48,003 nucleotides of DNA from an uncultured Candidatus Saccharibacteria bacterium (lineage in GTDB: Bacteria > Patescibacteriota > Minisyncoccia > Phycocordibacterales > CSBR16-119), in contig CAZTRC010000003.1 in the NCBI GenBank assembly GCA_964615845.1, positions 1 through 48,003 of the forward strand. Direction: 5' to 3'. The position numbers were made by a program, and so were the translations under genes. Positions 16,484 to 23,629 of this stretch are shown here, one piece after another (the stretch's first letter is position 1; every line of letters starts with the position of its first letter). Below the pieces are notes generated by a model. That model was not told the origin of the DNA. It ran no database searches and saw nothing but the letters and a program-made list of their open reading frames with translations.

Positions 16484-16595
16484 TCTTTTTTGGTCCGGCC
16501 CTGGAGAGTAAGTTATTCTCCAGGGCCGACTTGTAGGAATTTTTGAGTAGCATATTCGACGGTATCTGATTTCTATGTCGTTTTGATATTCACAT

Positions 16596-16625
16596 TTGAC
16601 TTGTGAACGACCGTTCACGTATACT
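16596..16625 (+). promoter_or_regulatory. promoter TTGACT-18-TATACT with an embedded LexA (Cheo-type) SOS box GAAC-N4-GTTC at 16605-16616
   Basis: The sequence is TTGACTtgtGAACgaccGTTCacgTATACT. The palindrome sits between -35 and -10, directly upstream of the small-ORF/lexA operon. Confidence 0.8.
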
Positions 16626-16664
16626 CGAGCTAGGTCGATTAGCAAAAATAAAATCTTTAAATAT

Positions 16665-16853
16665 ATGTCACGAAATCAATATGTAAAATCTTTGGAAGCC
16701 GAGATCGCGAAGCTCAATCGCCGCATCGACCAAAAGATTATGTGGGGAGAAAATTATTTCTTTGAATCCTTGAGGCACAAGTTCCTCTTGAAACAGCTCC
16801 AGAAACATCAGTCCGAAGGTGTTCTATCGTCGCTCTTCCCATCTTTCTTTTAA
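16665..16853 (+). CDS. 62-aa hypothetical coiled-coil protein, first gene of the lexA operon
   Basis: The ATG at 16665 gives MSRNQYVKSLEAEIAKLNRRIDQKI.... It ends 10 nt before the lexA ATG. Confidence 0.5.
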   Translation: MSRNQYVKSLEAEIAKLNRRIDQKIMWGENYFFESLRHKFLLKQLQKHQSEGVLSSLFPSFF

Positions 16854-16863
16854 ACAAATTTTT

Positions 16864-17430
16864 ATGCAAGAAAACTACAAAGACAAATTGAGCGATTTCT
16901 ATCATTCAAACAAAAGAATGCCGTCGTATTCGGAGATGATGAAGATGTTTAGCTTTAAGTCGAAGAACGCAGTCTTTCGTCTCGTCGAGAAAATGGTCGA
17001 GGCGGGAATTGTGGCCAAAGATAGATTGGGTCGCTTGGTGCCGGATAGGCTCCTTGGTGAAATTCCGATGCTTGGCACAGTCAAAGCCGGTTTCCCAGCG
17101 CCGGCCGAAGAAGTGCTCTCTGATACCATCAGTCTTGATGATTATATGGTCAAGAAAAAGGGACTCACATATATGCTCGAAGTTGATGGTGATTCGATGA
17201 TTGATGCACATATTGCCAAAGGTGACATGGTCGTAGCCGAGAAATCTGACAAAGCGCGAGATGGCGAGATAATCATCGCCGAAGTCGATGGGGAATTCAC
17301 GATGAAATATTTTCGAGTCAAAGGGGGCCGGGTTTGGCTCGAACCTGCCAACAAAAATTATGAAAACATCTATCCCGAAGGCGAACTCCGGATTTGCGCT
17401 ATCGTCGTCGGTGTTATCAGGAAGTATTAA
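16864..17430 (+). CDS. lexA: LexA repressor (S24 peptidase)
   Basis: It has an N-terminal wHTH, the cleavage region VKAGFPAPAEE, and the catalytic Ser and Lys in VDGDSMIDAHI...FTMKYF. The ATG at 16864 is preferred over the track start at 16819. Confidence 0.92.
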   Translation: MQENYKDKLSDFYHSNKRMPSYSEMMKMFSFKSKNAVFRLVEKMVEAGIVAKDRLGRLVPDRLLGEIPMLGTVKAGFPAPAEEVLSDTISLDDYMVKKKGLTYMLEVDGDSMIDAHIAKGDMVVAEKSDKARDGEIIIAEVDGEFTMKYFRVKGGRVWLEPANKNYENIYPEGELRICAIVVGVIRKY

Positions 17431-17461
17431 TTTTTTTAAAAAATAGGAGTATAATATTCGC

Positions 17462-17806
17462 ATGAACCCAAAACAAATTTTTAGTTGGCTAAAGTCTGAC
17501 GTCATATTTTTTATCGCAATTAACGTTGTCCTTATCGCTATTTTCAAGAACAGGCTTTCGGGGCTTATGTATATCGACCTCTTCCGTCTGGTGGTCCTCG
17601 CGCTGGCGGTCTACCGATTGGGCACGATTTTTCAGACTACACCGATCGTTCGGACAATCGCGCCAGGAATTTGGCTTGCGACAATCCTCGTTTACGCCTA
17701 CGGCTTTTGGCCAGTGCCGATGTTTATCATCGTTCTTATCTTCGCGCTAAGCGCGCTCGAAAGGATTATCTCTGCCATCATTTCAGTTTTGAAACCAAGA
17801 GCTTAA
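17462..17806 (+). CDS. small integral membrane protein (114 aa, 4 predicted helices)
   Basis: The hydrophobic profile supports it, and it is followed by a strong terminator. Confidence 0.6.
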   Translation: MNPKQIFSWLKSDVIFFIAINVVLIAIFKNRLSGLMYIDLFRLVVLALAVYRLGTIFQTTPIVRTIAPGIWLATILVYAYGFWPVPMFIIVLIFALSALERIISAIISVLKPRA

Positions 17807-17815
17807 AATCTCCAA

Positions 17816-17850
17816 TACAAAAGCCCCACGTCTGACGTGGGGCTTTTGTA
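17816..17850. terminator. bidirectional intrinsic terminator
   Basis: TACAAAAGCCCCACG-TCTGA-CGTGGGGCTTTTGTA forms a 15-bp stem. Confidence 0.85.
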
Positions 17851-17855
17851 TAGAT

Positions 17856-17963
17856 TTATGCCGCTGGGGCTGCTTCTGGTGTCGTTTCTTCGGCTGGAGC
17901 TACCGGTGTGGCAGGTTCTGCTACTACGTCAGGCGTTTTTGTTTCTTCTGTTGTATCTGCCAT
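17856..17963 (-). CDS. 35-aa acidic/Pro-rich micro-protein (MADTTEETKTPDVVAEPATPVAPAEETTPEAAPAA)
   Basis: Minus-strand ATG at 17963-17961 and TAA at 17858-17856. It is below the track cutoff and ends next to the terminator. It shares the MADT N-terminus with the next ORF. Confidence 0.45.
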   Translation of the reverse strand: MADTTEETKTPDVVAEPATPVAPAEETTPEAAPAA

Positions 17964-18020
17964 ATATTTTGAAATTACTGATAATCAGGAGTATAGCACA
18001 GATCCATATATTTTGCTCGA

Positions 18021-18170
18021 TTAGTTTTCGTCGTTTTCTCTTACTTCTTCGGCTTTTTCTTCGAGAGCGTCTGCCTTGTCATCCATGGCATCGGCCGATT
18101 CTTCTTGCGCCTCCTCAATTCGATCGTCAGCATCTTCTATTGTTGCGTCTTGTTCACTTGTGTCTGCCAT
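18021..18170 (-). CDS. 49-aa highly acidic micro-protein (MADTSEQDATIEDADDRIEEAQEESADAMDDKADALEEKAEEVRENDEN)
   Basis: Minus-strand ATG at 18170-18168 and TAA at 18023-18021. The + strand track ORFs over this region are Leu/Ser-rich shadows. Confidence 0.5.
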   Translation of the reverse strand: MADTSEQDATIEDADDRIEEAQEESADAMDDKADALEEKAEEVRENDEN

Positions 18171-18313
18171 AAATTTAAAATTAAAATTGATAATTTCTAT
18201 TTTACCATTTTTGAAACCAGTTGTGTCACGATCTAATCGTCCGACACGAATAGATTTCCACCAAACGAAAAGGCCCGCTTGGGAGCGAAACCTTTCGTTT
18301 CCTCAGCGGGCCT

Positions 18314-18616
18314 TCATGCTTCTTTGGGTGCTGTTACGATTTCCCAGGCCCACCTGTTGGTCTTCTCGTAGAAATGCAGAAGGAAGTGGTGGTCCTCGCT
18401 GGCCCCTAGCCACACCCGGAAGGTTTTACTCGGGCCTCCCTGGGTGCGCTTTTCGATAGGAGGTTCTCCGAGATAGCATCGGCAGGGTTTGCGGATCAAT
18501 CCGGCGAACTCTGTCACAGTAGACATTGGGTCGGAGATGGGACCTTTGTTGACCCGTTCACATACTTCAGTGGCCAGTTCTTTAGTGGTGGGTTCGGCGG
18601 CGGTTGCGTTTAGCAT
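18314..18616 (-). CDS. hypothetical protein (100 aa, GC-rich)
   Basis: Clean ORF followed by the hairpin GGCCCGC...GCGGGCC at about 18273-18315. No known motif. Confidence 0.5.
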   Translation of the reverse strand: MLNATAAEPTTKELATEVCERVNKGPISDPMSTVTEFAGLIRKPCRCYLGEPPIEKRTQGGPSKTFRVWLGASEDHHFLLHFYEKTNRWAWEIVTAPKEA

Positions 18617-18839
18617 GGCGGTCGGTTTTCAACCATTTTACACAAATCCCGTAAATTGGGAAGAGTGGCTCTTCTGGAAAAACAAAAGTTTTAGTCTTGG
18701 CAAAATCGATAAGAGGCCTGACATTTTTGGCAGATTTAATAGAAATATCTCGCTTGCCAGATTTATCGTTTGGATTCCAAAGACTTCCTCATGAAATAGC
18801 TCTTCTTACCGACGTTCTCCTACATGGTATGATTTAGAA

Positions 18840-20114
18840 ATGTTGCATGCCAAATCATTCACCTTCTGTGCATACAAAGTCGATACGGTTCGTTCGATTA
18901 TCACCTTTACCTACCGTGTGGAATTTCGATACGGGATAACGAAGACTTTTACTGACAAGCTCTCCTTTCCCGATGTGGCGCCAGAATTATGGGAGAAAGT
19001 ACCCAAGGCGGTGCTCGAGTCAACGCTCCAAGCACTCCTCCTCATGATCGGCATCAACTACTGGTGCGTTTTTCCGACCCGAAATATTCAGATCGAAGGA
19101 TTTACTCTCACTCGTGAACAGGCACAATTTTGGGACTTGCTGTATTTGAATGGGCTCGGAGAATTTTTCTACAACATGAAGATGGATTTTCATAATCTCA
19201 TCGCGTTTCCGTATGACGATTCTGCTGTCGCGCCTCTGCCCGCACGATTCGAACGGCCGGCGCGTGCGCTTCTTTTGAACGGCGCGGGCAAAGACTCAAT
19301 TCTCTCCGCTGAAATATTGAAAGCGGAAGGTGTACCGTTCGACTTTTTCGCATATGAACCAACGCCTGCGCATAAGCGAATTGCTAGCCTAGTAGGCGCA
19401 AAAACTATAAATGTTACCCGTCGTCGCGATTCGTATCTCGACGTTATCATGTCCCTGTTTGGAGTGTCGAGTGCGTATCCGTCGGTTTCCACCTTCACGT
19501 TCGTTGCCACACTACTCGCACAGCTTCTCGGCTACGACAAGATCGTCTTCTCCAACGAAAAGAGCGCCGATTTCGGTAATCTCACTTATCTCGGCCTCTC
19601 GGTGAACCATCAATGGTGCAAATCTTCTGAGGCGGAAAAGATGGTCAACGATTACATCCAGCGTTTTATAACACCCGATATTTCCACTTCCTCGCTCTTG
19701 CGGAAATACAGCGAACTTGAGATCGTGCGACGCTTCGTAAGCCATCCGAAGTATCTCCGTTACGTCACTAGCTGCAACACATATTTTTGGCTCTCACGCA
19801 CTGAACAGCTTCTCATGCGTAAGTCGTACTGGTGCAAGAAGTGTCCGAAATGTGTGTTTCTCTTTGCGTGCTTCGCGGCATATCTCCCAAAAAAAGAAGT
19901 AGTCGATATCTTTGGCGATGATATTTATACCAAGAAGCGCCTCCTGCCGCTCGTCCGACGGATTCTCGGTATCGAAGGATTCAAACCGCTTGATTGTGTC
20001 GGTGAACCCGAAGAGATGATCCTCGCCATGCATCTCGCATCACGTAGCGGTGAATATGCCGGTGAGCCGGCAATGCAGCTTTTTGAGGAGCGCTTCCCGT
20101 CAAGGATAGATTAA
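18840..20114 (+). CDS. hypothetical protein with a PP-loop-like motif (adenine-nucleotide alpha-hydrolase-like) and a C-terminal Cys cluster
   Basis: 424 aa. LLLNGAGKDS resembles the SGGxDS PP-loop. There is a later WCKKCPKCVFLFAC Cys cluster. The family was not identified with confidence. Confidence 0.5.
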   Translation: MLHAKSFTFCAYKVDTVRSIITFTYRVEFRYGITKTFTDKLSFPDVAPELWEKVPKAVLESTLQALLLMIGINYWCVFPTRNIQIEGFTLTREQAQFWDLLYLNGLGEFFYNMKMDFHNLIAFPYDDSAVAPLPARFERPARALLLNGAGKDSILSAEILKAEGVPFDFFAYEPTPAHKRIASLVGAKTINVTRRRDSYLDVIMSLFGVSSAYPSVSTFTFVATLLAQLLGYDKIVFSNEKSADFGNLTYLGLSVNHQWCKSSEAEKMVNDYIQRFITPDISTSSLLRKYSELEIVRRFVSHPKYLRYVTSCNTYFWLSRTEQLLMRKSYWCKKCPKCVFLFACFAAYLPKKEVVDIFGDDIYTKKRLLPLVRRILGIEGFKPLDCVGEPEEMILAMHLASRSGEYAGEPAMQLFEERFPSRID

Positions 20115-21892
20115 TAATACGAGAAAGTCCCGTCTTTAGAAATTGCACTTGCTGAGGTGGGAGAATAATTTTTAGGGTTATCACTCTTGTATGCTGAGCG
20201 ATCTATTGAAATTATAGGTAACTCCGAAGAACCCTTTAGACTACCTTCTTCATCGTTGTGGCCATGAATAACCAGATTTACCCCCAGAGCCTTTAATTTT
20301 TTCTTCATGTCTTCTTTTTCTTGATCACTTAGTTTCGGATCTTCAGAGAAGTTGATTCTTGATCCATCGCTTGTCGAAATAAAAGCATCTCTTATTTTAT
20401 TAAAACTACTGATTTGTGTCGGACTTAGCTCGCTTGCTTTGCCGTCTATATAGGATTCCAAGCAATACTTATAAAATGTATTCAGCTTGTTTGCAGAATC
20501 TGTCAGGGTCTCTCCGGTGTTTATATTCTTGAAAAGCAATTCGACCATTCCTGTGGTTAAATTTGTATGTGTGTATAAAACATCATCTTGTATTTGGATT
20601 AATTGCTGCTGTTTTATAGATTCTATAATTTCTGGATGTTCAGATCGTATCGTTTCTTTTATCGAGTCAGTATGTTCCAAGATCTTATTACCGATTAAAT
20701 TTTGAACACTTTTTTTAGGTAATAATTCATGAATAGACAGAAGTTCGCTTATCTGAACCGACCCATCTGCATTCTCAACGAAAGACTGTTTATTCTTTAA
20801 ACCTTCAATAGTATTGACCCATAAATTTATATCTGTCGGATTATAGTTCTCCGGAGAAGATCTCATGAATTTTAATGTTCTTTCTTTGCGCATAATGCTG
20901 TCTTTTATAGTTTCAAGAATCTCACCCCTTTTGCCTAAAAATTCAGCTATAATTTGATTTTTCTCACTCGCAGGCAAGAACTCTGCCAGCTCCAGATTTC
21001 CCGCGTATTGACTAAGTCTTTTTTGCATATCATCCGCAACAGATCCTCCGAATTCGGTGCTAAAGCCACACAAGGTGGCGTTAAACATATTTTCATGGTT
21101 GCCGGACAGCCACACTACATCTCCACCGGCTTTCTGCGCTTGTTCTTTCAGTTTTATCAAATCTCCGTATACTTTTAATCCTTCTGGTGTCCTGTCTCCC
21201 AGAATATCACCAATGAATACGACCCTTTTATCGCCGCCTTCCCATGTGAATTTTCCGCCTTCATATGAAGCAAGATCTCGATTTCCCAAATGGGCGATGA
21301 GACCTTCATGAGAGCCGTTGAGGTCTCCGATAGATTCTTGATCATGTTTTCTCTCCATTTCCGGCAATCGAATATTTTTTTCCAGTTGGATTTTCTTCTC
21401 CTCTGAAATCTCGGTTTCGGGTTGCGGAGGAGCGTCTTCGGTTTTGTCGGGCTCCGTTTCTACGCCAAGTCCTTTTTTAAGGCCAGCTATTTTTTCCTGC
21501 CTCTCAGCCTCCTTTGACTCTTTTTCTTCTACTACAGCCCATTCAGCTTTACTGAAATAAAGAATTGCGGTGCGCACTCTCTTGTTTTGGATATTCTTCT
21601 CCTCGTCAGTAGTTAGTGTTTCTTGCGGTAAAAAAGCCTCAAGTACAGGGTAAGGATAAGGGCGGCCTGTTTTTTCTCGAAGCTTAAAAGGAACCTGCGC
21701 ATAGAATTTTTCCTTAATGCTGTTATAGATAGAGCCATCGGGGGTAACACCACTCAATACTTGTTCGATCGTTTCTTTTCCTTTCTTGATTCGGTCTAAA
21801 TATTCATCAGTTTTTTGGGAGAAAGAAGAGTCCCCAGCTTGTTCCGGGATATTTTTCTTGTCGATACCAGTAGGTCGTTCGCGCGAATTCAT
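20111..21892 (-). CDS. large calcineurin-like metallophosphoesterase with long N-terminal and internal insertions
   Basis: Motifs VVFIGDILGDR, LSGNHENMF and NLVIHGHNDE are the GDxxDR, GNHE and GH signatures. The track start at 21982 reads through the tRNA, so the ATG at 21892 (MNSRERP) is used. The gene is AT-rich. Its stop overlaps the convergent stop at 20111-20114. Confidence 0.75.
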   Translation of the reverse strand: MNSRERPTGIDKKNIPEQAGDSSFSQKTDEYLDRIKKGKETIEQVLSGVTPDGSIYNSIKEKFYAQVPFKLREKTGRPYPYPVLEAFLPQETLTTDEEKNIQNKRVRTAILYFSKAEWAVVEEKESKEAERQEKIAGLKKGLGVETEPDKTEDAPPQPETEISEEKKIQLEKNIRLPEMERKHDQESIGDLNGSHEGLIAHLGNRDLASYEGGKFTWEGGDKRVVFIGDILGDRTPEGLKVYGDLIKLKEQAQKAGGDVVWLSGNHENMFNATLCGFSTEFGGSVADDMQKRLSQYAGNLELAEFLPASEKNQIIAEFLGKRGEILETIKDSIMRKERTLKFMRSSPENYNPTDINLWVNTIEGLKNKQSFVENADGSVQISELLSIHELLPKKSVQNLIGNKILEHTDSIKETIRSEHPEIIESIKQQQLIQIQDDVLYTHTNLTTGMVELLFKNINTGETLTDSANKLNTFYKYCLESYIDGKASELSPTQISSFNKIRDAFISTSDGSRINFSEDPKLSDQEKEDMKKKLKALGVNLVIHGHNDEEGSLKGSSELPIISIDRSAYKSDNPKNYSPTSASAISKDGTFSYY

Positions 21893-21951
21893 AACTGAAA
21901 TTATAGCTAGATTGTTGCCAAATAGCCAATCAAGGACTAGCTTTTTATTTG

Positions 21952-22023
21952 CTCCCCGGGTTGGGATCGAACCAACGACCAATCGCTTAACAGGCGATTG
22001 CTCTACCGCTGAGCTACCGGGGA
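21952..22023 (-). tRNA. tRNA-Asn (anticodon GUU), 72 nt, no encoded CCA
   Basis: The reverse complement folds as TCCCCGG-TA-GCTC-AGCGGTA-GAGC-A-ATCGC-CTGTTAA-GCGAT-TGGTC-GTTGG-TTCGATC-CCAAC-CCGGGGA-G, a full cloverleaf with the GTTCGATC T-loop. Confidence 0.93.
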
Positions 22024-22135
22024 ATATTCAATTTTCAATGCGTATCTCGAAGATACAGGCCAAATATTAGCTAAAAAGGGCCTAAAATGCAAACCTTTGA
22101 TATACTGGAAAGGTTATAAATTATTTTTGAAATCT

Positions 22136-22504
22136 ATGTCTAAAGGCTGGAAAATCACTTTTTATATTTCGACGATTATTTTGTCCCTCTCCATGCTCTG
22201 GGGAGGATATCTCGACGCAAGCCAAAATGAAATGGCCGTGCTTGGAATCACTTCACTTGGCTACCCGGCGTATTTTGCCGTCATCATTGGCGTCGCCAAA
22301 ATCCTCGGCGTCATTGGTATTTGGCAGGGCAAAGTCCGATGGCTCAGGAGTTGGGCATATGCCGGATTTACGTTCGATACTTTAGGCGCAGTGATTTCGA
22401 CGCTTGTCGCCGGATTCGATATAAAATTTGCCATCCCAGCACTCATCACTCTTGTCATCGTTCTAATTTCATTCGCTGCGGCGCGGAAATTGGGAAGGGT
22501 CTAG
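22136..22504 (+). CDS. DoxX-like small membrane protein
   Basis: 122 aa with 4 helices. The YPAYF..IIGVAKILGVIGI pattern is typical of the DoxX-like family. The ATG at 22136 is preferred. Confidence 0.55.
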   Translation: MSKGWKITFYISTIILSLSMLWGGYLDASQNEMAVLGITSLGYPAYFAVIIGVAKILGVIGIWQGKVRWLRSWAYAGFTFDTLGAVISTLVAGFDIKFAIPALITLVIVLISFAAARKLGRV

Positions 22505-22583
22505 AAAATCAATAATTTTAGAAGGGTTTTACAAGACCGTCTAGTTGTGGTAGGTTTGTGTCAAAGAACAAACCTACACACCC

Positions 22584-23339
22584 ATGACAACCAACCTTGA
22601 GATTCAGAGGAGCATCATAAAGCCCGTATACGCGGGCCGATGGATGATCGTCGGCCGCAACAACAGCGGTTTCCTAACCGTGATCTATGCGATCATGGGT
22701 GGCGGGGCCGACTCGCAGAACCGCAATCTCGTCTTGTCCCGCAACAAGCTGGACTTCATGGTGAGAGTTGACCCCATCAATCCAGATGCGGTTACGAACC
22801 CAGAGCTTGTGCTCTATGATGCCATTCGCTCCGTAAGCTTTACTGACGGGACCCGGGGTATTGTGGTGTCGAACGGTCGGCAGACCGAAAGCCTGGCTCT
22901 TATGAAAAGGCCAGAAGAATTCGTGCCGACCCTAGATCGTTGGACACACGAGCCCGACACAGCCAACACCAGCCGTATTTCGGCCATGATTCATATCGGC
23001 TTTGTCACGCCGATGGTGAGCATGTCGATCATCAAGGCCAAGTCCGATGATGTGACGCAATCAGAGCGTCTGACCTTTGTCTCTCTTTCGGACCGTGCGG
23101 GTGAGGGACATTTCATTTCAACCTATCGCGGCGAAGCTGACAAGCACGGGTGTATACCAGCCTTCGAAGAGGATCGGCCTGTAGTAATGCCGCTTTTGGG
23201 AGAGGCTCCTGAACTGGCGGAGAGCTACAGCGGGTTCCTGAGTCACAAGTACCGAGTTGGGCTTGTGGCGATGACGTTCAACAGTGATGGCACGCTTCAT
23301 TGCTCGGCTTTCGTGAACTACGGCAAGCCGAAGAGCTGA
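22584..23339 (+). CDS. PurO-like (archaeal-type) IMP cyclohydrolase family protein
   Basis: 251 aa. GRWMIVGRN, NPELVLYDAIR, IVVSNGRQTE and HEPDTANTSRISAMI are collinear with the PurO blocks GR..VGRN, NPYI.YN..R, VVSNG.HTD and YE.D.YNTPRIA. The gene is GC-rich. Confidence 0.6.
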   Translation: MTTNLEIQRSIIKPVYAGRWMIVGRNNSGFLTVIYAIMGGGADSQNRNLVLSRNKLDFMVRVDPINPDAVTNPELVLYDAIRSVSFTDGTRGIVVSNGRQTESLALMKRPEEFVPTLDRWTHEPDTANTSRISAMIHIGFVTPMVSMSIIKAKSDDVTQSERLTFVSLSDRAGEGHFISTYRGEADKHGCIPAFEEDRPVVMPLLGEAPELAESYSGFLSHKYRVGLVAMTFNSDGTLHCSAFVNYGKPKS

Positions 23340-23360
23340 TAGCTCACACCTGTTCCATAT

Positions 23361-23394
23361 CCAGCCCCCTCGCGCGAGGGGGCTGGAATTTTTT
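23361..23394 (+). terminator. rho-independent terminator
   Basis: CCAGCCCCCTCG-CG-CGAGGGGGCTGG followed by AATTTTTT. Confidence 0.85.
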
Positions 23395-23410
23395 ATGCTA
23401 AAATATATGC

Positions 23411-23623
23411 ATGAAAAAAATATGTTGGATAATTTTGGTATTGGTTATCGTGTTTTTCTTCCCAAAGCCGTATCAATCTAGCGCTGGATTTGTCACGCCG
23501 GAAATGAATGAAGCTTTCCAAGCGAACATGAAAAAGTGCGCCGGCTTTTCGGTCTTAATTAACGCTTCTGCTATGGCCGCCGACGCGCCGGGCCAGAGTC
23601 TCTGTTTCGGGTGGCTTTACTAA
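23411..23623 (+). CDS. small secreted or membrane-anchored protein (70 aa)
   Basis: The N-terminal helix is ICWIILVLVIVFFF. It ends 6 nt before the next gene. Confidence 0.5.
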   Translation: MKKICWIILVLVIVFFFPKPYQSSAGFVTPEMNEAFQANMKKCAGFSVLINASAMAADAPGQSLCFGWLY

Positions 23624-23629
23624 ACTCTC

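Noticed and set aside
17837-18459. + strand ORFs of 111 and 127 aa.
   Set aside because: Their composition is Leu/Ser/Arg-rich, and the first one starts inside a terminator stem. The minus-strand acidic micro-ORFs explain the codon structure better.
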